The translations under genes and the position numbers were made by a program. A model generated the notes under the pieces. The model searched no databases. It was not told the origin of the DNA and was given only the letters and a program-made list of their open reading frames with translations. Source: a candidate division WWE3 bacterium RIFOXYC1_FULL_40_10 (GTDB lineage Bacteria > Patescibacteriota > WWE3 > UBA101185 > UBA10185). Taken from it: a DNA stretch of 64,000 nt. Of the stretch, positions 46,297 to 56,102 are shown piece by piece. Position 1 is the stretch's first letter. The number at the start of each line of letters is the position of its first letter. The stretch is taken from NCBI GenBank assembly GCA_001773215.1, contig MEWB01000001.1, positions 806,099 to 870,098 on the forward strand, in the 5' to 3' direction.

Positions 46297-46875
46297 ATGA
46301 GGTTAAGTAATATAACTGATTTTTTTAGTATCACTCAGAAAGATTCGAGAAAGCAGGCAGAAAAGGAACAGGTTTTAGAGAAAAAAACTTTAGGCCCAAA
46401 AGAAATTTTCATGGAGTGGACTGCAGCTTCCCGGCCACACAAAGATTTTATAAATATAAAGCTGTCCAGATCCCTCACCATCATCGCGCTTTTTGTAGGT
46501 TTCTTGCTTGTATTAATGAAAGAATTCGTTCTTATTTTTTTTGTGGCAAGCATTTACTTTATTCTGTATGTATTATCAAAATTCAGCCCCGAACAAGTTC
46601 ATTACGAAATAAGTAATCACGGAGTTTCTTATGGGGATGATATGTATTATTGGGAAGAGTTAAAGCAATTCTTCTTTATGAGCAACTCAGGATTCGATAT
46701 TTTGGCTATTGATACCTTTGTAGGTCTTCCAGGCAGACTTTTCCTTACAATTGATGCTCGCCAAAAAGAAGCTTTACACAAGTTCTTAGTGGAGAAAATA
46801 CATTATATCGAGGTTGAGCCCAAAAACGTTTTTGATAACCTTTATTCAAAAATATCCTCTAAAATAAAATTCTAA
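46297..46875 (+). CDS. Hypothetical membrane protein (N-in, two TM helices, C-terminal domain)
   Basis: Hydrophobic LTIIALFVGFLLVLM / LIFFVASIYFILYVL. Confidence 0.45.
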   Translation: MRLSNITDFFSITQKDSRKQAEKEQVLEKKTLGPKEIFMEWTAASRPHKDFINIKLSRSLTIIALFVGFLLVLMKEFVLIFFVASIYFILYVLSKFSPEQVHYEISNHGVSYGDDMYYWEELKQFFFMSNSGFDILAIDTFVGLPGRLFLTIDARQKEALHKFLVEKIHYIEVEPKNVFDNLYSKISSKIKF

Positions 46876-46936
46876 AAAAACCGCGACAGCTTTGTTAATT
46901 GCAATCGCGGGGTCTCTGCTATAATGGGCTAGTTGT

Positions 46937-47012
46937 GCACCCGTAGTTCAGAGGATAGAACGCAAGGTTGCGGACCTTGAAGTCGGGGGTTCGAATCCCT
47001 CCGGGTGCACCA
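46937..47012 (+). tRNA. tRNA-Arg with anticodon GCG (unusual; ACG expected)
   Basis: Cloverleaf: acceptor GCACCCG/CGGGTGC, A73, anticodon loop TTGCGGA, T-loop TTCGAAT, CCA encoded. Confidence 0.7.
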
Positions 47013-47026
47013 GAAAAGTGGTGTTG

Positions 47027-47359
47027 CTAATCCCAAATTACGAATCTCTTTTCGTGGGGGTCTTCAGTTAGAGGTCTTAACCTTCCACTTATGATCGCTT
47101 TGTTACTATCTATAATGGAGGCGAAAAACCCGGACCAAAGAGACAGATGTTGGTTTATTTCCAGGCAATCCCAAGTATCTGGAATTACCATATAATAACC
47201 ACCCTGCTCTATCACTACTTGAGTCAACTTTTCTCCCACTTCCCCGGGTTTATTTAAAAGGTTTTCAAAATAAAATCTGTCGGTTTCGTTTGGAAAAACC
47301 TGAACCTTTTTCACACCAGCAAGTATTTTACCTAGAGACTGAATGTGCAACCGTAACAT
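47027..47359 (-). CDS. Hypothetical protein
   Basis: ORF between two tRNAs. Confidence 0.4.
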   Translation of the reverse strand: MLRLHIQSLGKILAGVKKVQVFPNETDRFYFENLLNKPGEVGEKLTQVVIEQGGYYMVIPDTWDCLEINQHLSLWSGFFASIIDSNKAIISGRLRPLTEDPHEKRFVIWD

Positions 47360-47468
47360 GCTTTCTCTCCTTTAGTTCCATGATTGGCTTTCTTATCTCA
47401 TATTCACATTAATATATCAAACCTGTCTAAGTATAGATTATATTGTATAATTCAGCCGAAAAGGTTTT

Positions 47469-47545
47469 TGGGCCGTTAGCTCAGTTGGTAGAGCGCTGCA
47501 TTCGCATTGCAGAGATCGCCGGTTCGATTCCGGCACGGTCCACCA
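47469..47545 (+). tRNA. tRNA-Ala (anticodon CGC) with G3:U70
   Basis: Acceptor GGGCCGT/ACGGTCC (G3:T70), anticodon loop TTCGCAT, T-loop TTCGATT, CCA encoded. Confidence 0.85.
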
Positions 47546-47629
47546 GGGGTCTAATAAAATTAGACTTCAATTGCTTTTTACCTATTAACGCTATAAGATC
47601 AATACAATTCCAACGAAAGGATGGTAATA

Positions 47630-47944
47630 ATGGCTCAAACTTGGGAACCTATTCTTGTGTATACAGCAGAAGTTAAGTGCAGAATCACACTTGTACGAGC
47701 ATGGAAGCCTGACAATATGCAAAACGGATTACATCTAACTTTTGAGGTTTTTCCTAACCTGGGTTTCACGGAAACTGGTGTGGACCAATCTGTGTGGAAA
47801 CGCAAAGTACAGGAATACGTCTTTTCACTTGGGGCCCAATTAACCGGCCTAAGTGCAAAAGATTTCTGTGAAATTGGATGGAGTGTAGGTCCTTGTATTA
47901 CGATTTGCACAAGCAAGGCTCCGAAAAAACAAGTAGTGTTGTAA
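47630..47944 (+). CDS. Hypothetical protein
   Basis: AAAGGA SD 9 nt upstream of ATGGCT. Confidence 0.4.
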   Translation: MAQTWEPILVYTAEVKCRITLVRAWKPDNMQNGLHLTFEVFPNLGFTETGVDQSVWKRKVQEYVFSLGAQLTGLSAKDFCEIGWSVGPCITICTSKAPKKQVVL

Positions 47945-48131
47945 CAGTCGCGCAAACAGGCTCTAGGACTTATATTTCCCAGGCCTGTTTTTTTATATAA
48001 AGGTGCTGGAGCTGCTCCGGAGGGTTATCGCTATTCGAGTTGTGGTTGTTATCACAGGGAAATTCCTTGGGGTTTTGTTGTGTAAGAGCTGCTCTAGCGT
48101 TAGAGCTGCTCTCCGGTGATACACTTATCAT

Positions 48132-48848
48132 ATGGCTAAAAGTGAACTACCCACCGACATAAATACCCTTGCGGAAAAAGTTATTAATTACAACGAGAAT
48201 ATACTGGGGGCACCTTGGAAAGCTTCCCCTGAGGAGCCTTACGCTCTTAGGAATTTAAACCCCGACAGGTCACAAGATACTCAAAAAATTAGGGATATGG
48301 ATCGACACCCGGAAACACTTAAGTGGATGGATCCGGGAAAGCCGGCTTCTGTGGAGGAATTGAGGTATTTTATGGAATTAAACCCGAGCGCAGAAGTGGA
48401 TCCAAGAATAATGTGGGCAGTAGTAAATAAGAAAAACGAAATTCTGGGTTGGGTCCAGTTCTACCCCGACGAACACGTGGAGCGATTTAAGGGAATATAT
48501 GACTTGCCCGAAAACGCTTTGGTGTTAGAAGTTAGTTATTGCAAAAACCTAGTCACATGGCCGAAATACAAACACTTCATAAGGGAGAGGGACAACCTTA
48601 ACGGGGAAGCCTATCAGGGAGTGGCTGTCAACGGTCTCAAACAATCAATTATCCGAATAAGTCAAATTGAGAAGGGGATGACCGCTGATGGAAAACCTGC
48701 AAGGCCAATATTTTTGACGGCTTATATGGATCCTACTAACATGCCTTCGGAAAAGGTTGTCGAAAAAAATGGGTTTGAGAACTTGGGAGAAATGCCCTAC
48801 GACGAAGATGGTTTTATGGTAAATGTCTGGATCAAGAAATTGGATTAG
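48132..48848 (+). CDS. GNAT-family N-acetyltransferase-like protein (tentative)
   Basis: C-terminal 'SEKVVEKNGFENLGEM' resembles the GNAT motif-B/coenzyme-A-binding region. Confidence 0.4.
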   Translation: MAKSELPTDINTLAEKVINYNENILGAPWKASPEEPYALRNLNPDRSQDTQKIRDMDRHPETLKWMDPGKPASVEELRYFMELNPSAEVDPRIMWAVVNKKNEILGWVQFYPDEHVERFKGIYDLPENALVLEVSYCKNLVTWPKYKHFIRERDNLNGEAYQGVAVNGLKQSIIRISQIEKGMTADGKPARPIFLTAYMDPTNMPSEKVVEKNGFENLGEMPYDEDGFMVNVWIKKLD

Positions 48849-50277
48849 GTTTGACTTCCTGGCAACTGTAAACAAACACAACCGGAATACCTTTTGGTCC
48901 AAAGGTCTTTTCCAGCTTGTTGCAATAGGTCCCCACACTGATGGGTCTATCAAAATCCACGCTTTCTACCACATAATTCACCTGGGGTGAAAATTCCCGC
49001 GTTCGCTTGCCTTTGTGAAAATAAGAAAACGCCTCGTAATTATTTGGAATAAACACTACCTCATCCCTTGGCTTAGTGTTTAAATACATCGCTGCTTGGG
49101 CAAAATACTCGCCACTGTTTTCATAAAACCCGGTTTTTAGGGCAATTTGTTCAGAACCTGATATTGGAGAGTAGAACGCTGAATACACCGGTGAGTATTT
49201 GTAAATCCCGAACACTAATATAAAAAAGTGTGTGACAAGCAGTAGCGCTATTAACTTAGTATTAAGCTGGTTTAGTGCGAATACAGCTAACAATACAATA
49301 GATGGAAACAAGATTATTGAGTATCTATCAATTTTCTTGTCGGCTAAAGTCAAAACCACGAGTAATAACGAAAAGAACACTTTAAGCCACAGTGGGCTCT
49401 TTTTATTCGTCAGGCTCATGATGGCTAAAAATAGTGTGACGGCGCTCAGCTTAAAAAATAATATTATTGGGTAGTAGAATAACGATTTGAAACCTGTGAA
49501 ATACTGTCCCCGAATATCTTCTCCGACCGCTTTTGTAACAGCGATAAGCAAATTGGTTCCAACTTCCAAAGGTGCCGCTCCAAAAGCAGGGAAAAGTAAA
49601 ACGAAAACGAGTATAAAAGTTGTAAAAATGGTGAGTAGTGGTTTTATTGCACGTTTCCTTAAGATAACAACACAGGTAATGATAATAAACACCGCGAAAA
49701 TTAACGAAGTTAGCTTTGATAACACAGCTAGTGCTAATAGCCCTCCCGATAGGATAGCTAGGAGTGGATTCTTTTTGTTTATATATACAAAAAAAGCTAA
49801 CATAGCTGTAAATCCAAAGTAGGTCTCTAGCGAAGTGAGATGCACCCAACGATCGATTCCTAAAAGATAGGGTTCAGTTGCAATAAAAAATGAGTACAAC
49901 AGTGATATGCGCTTTCCGTACATAATCCTCAGTAATTGCGTTTGGAGCAAGAGTAGTGCAAAAAGTGTAAAAGTGATTAATTGCTGGGTCTGCCGGTTAA
50001 TTTTTACATACTCATCTGAATTTTCCAGGTATGGCCAGCTTTTATTCAGTTGGAAATTTATCGCATCCAGCCACATCAGGGTTACTCCAGGTTGGTAGTG
50101 TTGATAGGTTTCTTTGTAATTTGCAGTCTTAATTGCCTCCAAAAACTTGATGGATCTTCGATGCCATCTAGCTGCGTCGGAGTTGGAAATATCATTTCCC
50201 AAGCTATGAAGCCGTAGTCCTAAAAAAAGTGCAAATGTGAAGGCTAATAATAGCCAATATTTGTTGGAGATAGTCAT
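48832..50277 (-). CDS. GT-C fold membrane glycosyltransferase (PMT/ArnT family 39/83-like), paralog 1
   Basis: ~12 TM helices, N-terminal loop with DxD-like acidic residues. Confidence 0.5.
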   Translation of the reverse strand: MTISNKYWLLLAFTFALFLGLRLHSLGNDISNSDAARWHRRSIKFLEAIKTANYKETYQHYQPGVTLMWLDAINFQLNKSWPYLENSDEYVKINRQTQQLITFTLFALLLLQTQLLRIMYGKRISLLYSFFIATEPYLLGIDRWVHLTSLETYFGFTAMLAFFVYINKKNPLLAILSGGLLALAVLSKLTSLIFAVFIIITCVVILRKRAIKPLLTIFTTFILVFVLLFPAFGAAPLEVGTNLLIAVTKAVGEDIRGQYFTGFKSLFYYPIILFFKLSAVTLFLAIMSLTNKKSPLWLKVFFSLLLVVLTLADKKIDRYSIILFPSIVLLAVFALNQLNTKLIALLLVTHFFILVFGIYKYSPVYSAFYSPISGSEQIALKTGFYENSGEYFAQAAMYLNTKPRDEVVFIPNNYEAFSYFHKGKRTREFSPQVNYVVESVDFDRPISVGTYCNKLEKTFGPKGIPVVFVYSCQEVKPNPIS

Positions 50278-50328
50278 CTAGCAAATTATACTTGATGTTG
50301 TCACGTACATGGTAAAATTGCCGTGCGC

Positions 50329-50419
50329 GGAGGGATACCGAAGTGGCCATACCGGGCTGGTCTCGAAAACCAAGCGTGGGGCAACCCACACGAGAGTTCG
50401 AATCTCTCTCCCTCCGCCA
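50329..50419 (+). tRNA. tRNA-Ser (anticodon CGA), type II
   Basis: Acceptor GGAGGGA/TCCCTCC, G73, anticodon loop CTCGAAA, long variable arm, T-loop GTTCGAATC. Confidence 0.8.
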
Positions 50420-50429
50420 GCAAAAGTGC

Positions 50430-50807
50430 TTATTTTTCCAGAATTTTACTTACGTATTCGTCATCTAGTCCCAGCTTTTTTAGTGCTTTGATGCTGGGTT
50501 TGTAACGATAGTGCTCGATGTCTATATTCAGATTAGGTTTAACAGCCACGCCTTCTTTTTCAAGTAAACTCTTTTGTAATAGTGGGGCATCCGGACTTAA
50601 GCCCTTGATACTTATCCTTCCCGCGTTGTTGATTACTCTCCACCAGGGTACGTTTACCTCACTTTCGCCCAGGCTGTGCAATATCCACCCGATTTGCCGA
50701 GCAGCTTGGGGAACGCCGACCATTAGCGCGATTTGCCCATAACTGGCAACCGTGCCCTTTGGGATTAATTTTATGGCCGCCAAAACATTGCTTTTAAACG
50801 GGGACAT
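50430..50807 (-). CDS. Alkyltransferase-like (ATL) protein of the Ogt/MGMT DNA-binding family lacking the catalytic Cys (PWWRV instead of PCHRV)
   Basis: GTVASYGQIALMVGVPQAARQIG...VPWWRVIN. Confidence 0.65.
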   Translation of the reverse strand: MSPFKSNVLAAIKLIPKGTVASYGQIALMVGVPQAARQIGWILHSLGESEVNVPWWRVINNAGRISIKGLSPDAPLLQKSLLEKEGVAVKPNLNIDIEHYRYKPSIKALKKLGLDDEYVSKILEK

Positions 50808-50854
50808 AGTATTATTCTACACACCAAATCCGAAACAGCGATAGGAGTGAAAAC

Positions 50855-51106
50855 ATGTCGGACACTTTAGATAAGTTTAAAAAATCTGTGCAAACGTTGG
50901 TATCTGAGTTGGAAGTTAAATCCCCTCAGGCGGCAAAAGTGATTAAGGAATGGATTGAACTGCTTGCCGACGAAACCAAGTCTGATCAAGCCGAGGCAAA
51001 AATTAAGGAGCTTCCTAAAATGAGTGAGTTGTCATATGAGGCCATGGATATTCTTGCCGAGATTATTTCCCAAGCAAGTATGTATCAAATGAGTTTGTCC
51101 CGGTAA
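50855..51106 (+). CDS. Hypothetical small helical protein
   Basis: GGAG SD. Confidence 0.4.
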   Translation: MSDTLDKFKKSVQTLVSELEVKSPQAAKVIKEWIELLADETKSDQAEAKIKELPKMSELSYEAMDILAEIISQASMYQMSLSR

Positions 51107-51155
51107 AAAGAAAAGCCCCCGAAAATCTTTACAGAAATTCGAGGGCGATTTTTGT

Positions 51156-52019
51156 CTAGAAGAGCAGGAATGAAGCGATCGAAATTACCAGGACAGATAA
51201 AAGGGTGATCACAACCTTCCCCTTCACCGTTATAATTCCATCGGGCCAGCTGATTTCGATTGGGCCATTGTGATCAACCACCAGGCTTGAGCGGTTATTT
51301 GTATGAGTGGTTTCCTGCTTTGGGCTCACAACAGGTACCTTTGGCGCTGTAGGCTTTTTAACAGCCGCTTTTCCTCTGGGCTTGCGCTCAGGTCCGTGTC
51401 CAAAACCTTCCAGCCAGTAGTAGGTCGCTCGGTTATACTGCTGCTTCCGAATCCCTTTCGCGGTGCTTTCCTTAAGTGCCCTGCTTACAATTACCATCCG
51501 CTGCGACTTTGTTAACTCGGTGCCTAGTGCCTTGCCAATTTCTTCAAAAATCTGTGAACCGGTGATGTTGGGAGAGACGTTGCTTACTCTTTTGATAAAA
51601 TACTCAACAGAGTCGAACTTTTCTTCGGGATTTGGTTGATTTTCCATCGATTTCTCCTTGTCTTGATCTGCACACCCTTTACAGGTGTACGTAGAGTGTC
51701 CGTTGACTATTCCCGCCCGTGCAATAACAAAATTGCCCCCCGTTGTCGTTAGCTCGTAACCGTTAAGGCTCTCCCACAGAGCTTTCCAGATATCCCTAGG
51801 GACATTCTCGTCGATGCCAAGACGCAAAGATTTGACCTTAACCCTACTGGAATAATCTGAGTAAAAGGTGTTGTAGGAAAGAGTTTTTTCTCTTCCGCCT
51901 CTTTGGGTTCGGGGTCTGACCATGTTGCAGTGATCCACAATGATCACTGCTATCTGCTTTTGTGCATCCTCCAGAAACGATTCCTGGATGCTGCTTCCTG
52001 GCGCTTGTGTAGGTGCCAT
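51156..52019 (-). CDS. Hypothetical protein with C-terminal TM anchor
   Basis: GGAGGAG SD; C-terminal ITLLSVLVISIASFLLF. Confidence 0.45.
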   Translation of the reverse strand: MAPTQAPGSSIQESFLEDAQKQIAVIIVDHCNMVRPRTQRGGREKTLSYNTFYSDYSSRVKVKSLRLGIDENVPRDIWKALWESLNGYELTTTGGNFVIARAGIVNGHSTYTCKGCADQDKEKSMENQPNPEEKFDSVEYFIKRVSNVSPNITGSQIFEEIGKALGTELTKSQRMVIVSRALKESTAKGIRKQQYNRATYYWLEGFGHGPERKPRGKAAVKKPTAPKVPVVSPKQETTHTNNRSSLVVDHNGPIEISWPDGIITVKGKVVITLLSVLVISIASFLLF

Positions 52020-52095
52020 CTTCTCCTCCTATCTTAGAATGACTTTATTGTTTTTGGATTATAACTGGAAGTGGTGTACTTTGTAAAGCTCTAGG

Positions 52096-53586
52096 TTATT
52101 GTGCGTTGCAGTTATCGAATACTAAAATAAACCTATCTTTGAAGTATTGTAAGTTTTTCTTTTCGCAAACGGATTCTAAACCCTGGAGTGTGAGTAGATT
52201 TGTATCGTAAAGACCGTCACCGGAACCCCACTGGATTGTGTCCACTGCCAGATAGACAAATTTTTTCAATCCTGTGTTTCTTAGACTTGTCACAACATCA
52301 GTTAGTGTAGCCTTCAGATAATCGGTATTACCTTCAATAGCCAGGATAGTAGAAGTGATCGTTTTATCGGTATTTTGAGTTTTGATAAATGGGTTAATTG
52401 GGATTGCGTTAGTGTTGTTAGGATAAAACCCTATTTTCCTAACATAACCTGATACTGAACTTCTATACAACACACCGGTAGGTTCAGGGCCCGCTAATTG
52501 GCTGACGAACTGGCTCTCCTTTGCGTAGTTGAGATGTGCCTTGTTACTAGTTATATGAGCCAAAATTCCATTTAATGATGCTACAACCAATATTATAGGT
52601 ATCAGGTATTTGGATTTAATATTAAAGTGGTGTATTAAGGATTCCATACCTTGTCCACACAACAAAATAAACATGAATGAAAAAGGAGCGAAATATCTGT
52701 TTCTCACAATCACATTGTCTATAATACCTGCTAGAAAACCGAATAATAGAAAGAGTAGCATTGTCTTTTGGTATACGGTCTTTTTTTCCAATAGTAATAG
52801 TGCCGAGAAAGCAAATCCCATGAGTATAAAACAGATATCAGAAAAGTGATCAGTTCCTATGGTCGTCCAACTAACGGCTGAATACACAAGCGAGACAATA
52901 GTGGGTTCTCTATAATTTTGCCAGTCTAACCTATGGTTGTTATTGATGTACTGTCTTGCTCCAAATAAAAGTACGTAAGCCATGAAAATAATGCCTGCAA
53001 AAAAGAGAGGCAAGAATCTTTTGAAGGTAATTTTTTGTATAGTAGCTATACAAAGCAGAATTGCAATATATACGAAATTAAGATAGCCAAAAAACAGTGC
53101 AATAATCGCGAATAAAGTTAATGCAATTAAGTACTTGTATTCGAGATTTTCTTGAAATTTAAGCAAAACAAAAAAGGCTATTATAAACAAAGGTAACGTG
53201 ACAGCATCCTGTTTTACATTTGGGGCAATGCTCGTCCACAGAGGGCTTACAGCGAACAATGCTAATCCAAAATACAGGTTGTACTTTTCCAGTACTTTAT
53301 TTTTGTCTGCCCAGGCAATTGCCAGGGCGAGGGCTATTGTACTCATAGAAATAAACAATATCCTTGTAAGAAGTGGGTATTCGACAGGGAAGAGTTTTAG
53401 AAACAGATAAATGCCTGGAGGGTGCGGTTCTGTAGAAATTGTATCCATCAATTGGGTAATTGGCTGTTTGCTTATGTCGGTGAGAATAATTTCGTCATGC
53501 CAATAACTAGTTCCCATGATCAATGTAGTCAGTAGTACCCCAACCAAACCCACTATTATCATAATTTGGAGCGTTTTCTTGGTCAC
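52096..53586 (-). CDS. GT-C fold membrane glycosyltransferase (PMT/ArnT-like), paralog 2
   Basis: Polytopic; HDEIILTDI / WHDE N-loop motif. Confidence 0.5.
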   Translation of the reverse strand: MTKKTLQIMIIVGLVGVLLTTLIMGTSYWHDEIILTDISKQPITQLMDTISTEPHPPGIYLFLKLFPVEYPLLTRILFISMSTIALALAIAWADKNKVLEKYNLYFGLALFAVSPLWTSIAPNVKQDAVTLPLFIIAFFVLLKFQENLEYKYLIALTLFAIIALFFGYLNFVYIAILLCIATIQKITFKRFLPLFFAGIIFMAYVLLFGARQYINNNHRLDWQNYREPTIVSLVYSAVSWTTIGTDHFSDICFILMGFAFSALLLLEKKTVYQKTMLLFLLFGFLAGIIDNVIVRNRYFAPFSFMFILLCGQGMESLIHHFNIKSKYLIPIILVVASLNGILAHITSNKAHLNYAKESQFVSQLAGPEPTGVLYRSSVSGYVRKIGFYPNNTNAIPINPFIKTQNTDKTITSTILAIEGNTDYLKATLTDVVTSLRNTGLKKFVYLAVDTIQWGSGDGLYDTNLLTLQGLESVCEKKNLQYFKDRFILVFDNCNAQ

Positions 53587-53640
53587 AGCTTAATATTATA
53601 CATAAATACACTCCAACTATGTTAAAATTCACTGGATCGT

Positions 53641-53730
53641 GGAGGGATCGCATAGTGGCCTAGTGCGCAGTCCTGGAAAGACTGTATGGGGGTGACCTCA
53701 TCGCGGGTTCAAATCCCGCTCCCTCCGCCA
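53641..53730 (+). tRNA. tRNA-Ser (anticodon GGA), type II
   Basis: Acceptor GGAGGGA/TCCCTCC, G73, anticodon loop CTGGAAA, T-loop GGTTCAAATCC. Confidence 0.85.
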
Positions 53731-53760
53731 GACTACGCTTCGCTTCGTCTGGCAGGCAAG

Positions 53761-55440
53761 CTATTTGGGACACCATCCGACGACTTTGATTTCGGTTCCA
53801 TCCAAGGAATATAGGGGCGAGGAAACGGTATATTCAGCTACTACATTCCTGTTTTCACTAGCTACTACCGGGATTGATAATTTCTTTCTTTGTTCCTGTA
53901 TCTTTGGTGGAAGTCCAAAACTTTTAAGTAAAAATAAGTCGGTATTTTCCAGTAGTTTGGAGAGTGCGGTAGGGTTTTTTTCTGTTGGTTCTATTTCTGT
54001 ATAGCAGAGAAAATTTGCAAGCGAATCAATATAAGTAAGCCCTGTGAAATCGCCGGTTTTCTTGGTCACAACATGTTTTGTAAAAGTTCCGTTAACGTAA
54101 ATTTTAGTTTTTACACCGGTTTTTGATGTAATATCGCTTGCGGTCTGCCACTTGGCTTTTATTGTGTTAAAGTAGTCGTAGTTTAATATTACCGATATCC
54201 CAGCTAACAAAAGTAAAAATCCCCCTGCTTTCCATGTATTTAGAGGGGTTTTACCTATGTTGTAGGCTAGATATAACAGAGTAGCAATGAACAATGGCAA
54301 AAAGTATCGGTCATATAAATCATTTGGAAAAAGCAAAATGCTCAATGAACCTAGAACTGTTAAGCCAAGGAAGAAATTAGTCGTGTCCGGTTTATATTTA
54401 AGCAAGAGAACAAGAAACTTAGCTGAAGCAACTCCAATAATTAACGACAACAATACTTTTGTGGTTTGGTGGCTCAAGATATTCAACACGAAAACCGGTT
54501 CGTGTTTAGCGTACAAACCTTCGGTGTATAAGATATTGCCTACAAAAAAAACATTTAATTTGTAAGTTAGGTATACCAAAGGTATTGCGAGTAACAAAGT
54601 GAGGAGTGAGTTTTTCTTGGATAGTGGTTTAACTGCGTATACCAAAGGGGATAAAAAGAAGCCAAAGTAAATTACAAAAGTTAACAATTCCATAATTCGC
54701 GAAGGAATATCCCGAATTCTGATCAAATCCGAGGTTAATTTTACAAGTATTCCGGTACTATCAGCCGAGTATCTCGGATAAAGCAAGGATAGTGAAAAGA
54801 ATAGCGCGAATACCACTACACCTGCCCAGAAGTTCATGTTCAGGCGTTCTTTTTCGGTAAAGTGCTTGTATGCTTTAACTGTCACATATGCAATAAAAGG
54901 AACTACCCCCGCCTGGCGAATTAATACAGAAAAAGAACTAAATATTATTCCAAAGAACTCGTCTCTTTTGTTTGAAGTGGCTATACCTCGTGAAAAAAAG
55001 AATAAAGACCAAGTAAACAGTGCCAAAAAAGGAATGTCAGTCATAAAAATTGCGCTCAAGTGAAAAATTAGTGGATTAAACGCTGTCATCAGCAGTACAA
55101 AATACATAAGCTTTTTGGGTAGTTCAAAGAACCGGATAATCATGTAGACCCCTGTTAATAGAAAAATCGCCGAGGCAACTGAGGTAAGTTTGAGAAGTGT
55201 GTGAGAAAAGCCGAATAGTAAAGATGCAAAGTAACCGATAAAGGCTTGTAGTATAAGAACAGCATCGGTGTTTGCCTGTATCCTCCAGACATGGTTAATA
55301 AAAGCTTCAACCTGCCTGCTGTGAGCCCATTCATCGTTTACGACAAATTCGCCGAAGGGATTGATGGCCAATAGAGTAATAATGTACAAGGAAATTACAT
55401 AAAAAAGTGGGTTTGAGAACAGAGTTGCTAGTTTTTTCAT
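53761..55440 (-). CDS. GT-C fold membrane glycosyltransferase-like polytopic protein, paralog 3
   Basis: About 13 TM helices plus C-terminal soluble domain. Confidence 0.45.
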   Translation of the reverse strand: MKKLATLFSNPLFYVISLYIITLLAINPFGEFVVNDEWAHSRQVEAFINHVWRIQANTDAVLILQAFIGYFASLLFGFSHTLLKLTSVASAIFLLTGVYMIIRFFELPKKLMYFVLLMTAFNPLIFHLSAIFMTDIPFLALFTWSLFFFSRGIATSNKRDEFFGIIFSSFSVLIRQAGVVPFIAYVTVKAYKHFTEKERLNMNFWAGVVVFALFFSLSLLYPRYSADSTGILVKLTSDLIRIRDIPSRIMELLTFVIYFGFFLSPLVYAVKPLSKKNSLLTLLLAIPLVYLTYKLNVFFVGNILYTEGLYAKHEPVFVLNILSHQTTKVLLSLIIGVASAKFLVLLLKYKPDTTNFFLGLTVLGSLSILLFPNDLYDRYFLPLFIATLLYLAYNIGKTPLNTWKAGGFLLLLAGISVILNYDYFNTIKAKWQTASDITSKTGVKTKIYVNGTFTKHVVTKKTGDFTGLTYIDSLANFLCYTEIEPTEKNPTALSKLLENTDLFLLKSFGLPPKIQEQRKKLSIPVVASENRNVVAEYTVSSPLYSLDGTEIKVVGWCPK

Positions 55441-55484
55441 TAACCCCAGAATACTACGCAGCGTATGTTTTGTATAATCACACT

Positions 55485-56039
55485 ATGCTGGTTTTTACTA
55501 ATGTCTTTTTTATACTACTGCTGCTAGGACTATGTGCTTGGATGCTGGATCAGTTCCAAACGTTGGTCACTATGGAGGCACCTTGGGTTAAAACTCCAAA
55601 TGAAGTTCTTGACCAAATTGCCGAGAAAATAACGATTAAGCCAGGTGATATCGTTTACGACTTGGGTTGTGGGGACGCCCAGGTTTTAATTCAACTGGCC
55701 AAAAAAAATCCTAACGCCACTTTTATTGGCGTAGAGAAGCTCAATTATGTTTGTGCCTTGGCATGGCTAAAAATAAAGAAAGCCGGGTTACACAACGTAA
55801 TTATCAAAAAAGGAGATCTATATAAGTTATCTATCAAAGATGCAACACACATCTATTTATGGATTTATCCCCAAATGGTGAATAAAATACTCCCCAAATT
55901 AGAGCGCGAACTTACCCAGGGAGTGACGGTCTATTCGATGGACTTTCCTTTTCATGGCAAGGATCCGGTAGCTGTATACGACTTGAGTGGAGTTAAGAAC
56001 AAAAGTTACGCCAGAAAGCTGTTTGAGTATCGATTTTAG
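55485..56039 (+). CDS. Membrane-anchored class I SAM-dependent methyltransferase
   Basis: Motif I VYDLGCGDAQVLIQLA; N-terminal TM helix; start refined to ATG 55485 just downstream of a TATAAT element. Confidence 0.6.
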   Translation: MLVFTNVFFILLLLGLCAWMLDQFQTLVTMEAPWVKTPNEVLDQIAEKITIKPGDIVYDLGCGDAQVLIQLAKKNPNATFIGVEKLNYVCALAWLKIKKAGLHNVIIKKGDLYKLSIKDATHIYLWIYPQMVNKILPKLERELTQGVTVYSMDFPFHGKDPVAVYDLSGVKNKSYARKLFEYRF

Positions 56040-56102
56040 TGGTGTTATCACATCATACTTTAGCACATTGACTATTACAATATACATTGGTATATATTAG
56101 TA

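Noticed and set aside
46876-46925. Hairpin CCGCGA-N18-TCGCGG after the 46297..46875 gene as a terminator
   Set aside because: The A-run precedes the hairpin rather than following it on the plus strand, so it is not a convincing intrinsic terminator for the plus-strand gene. It was left unannotated.
50309-50505. Two 60-aa plus-strand ORFs overlapping tRNA-Ser(CGA)
   Set aside because: They overlap a clear tRNA cloverleaf, so they are spurious.
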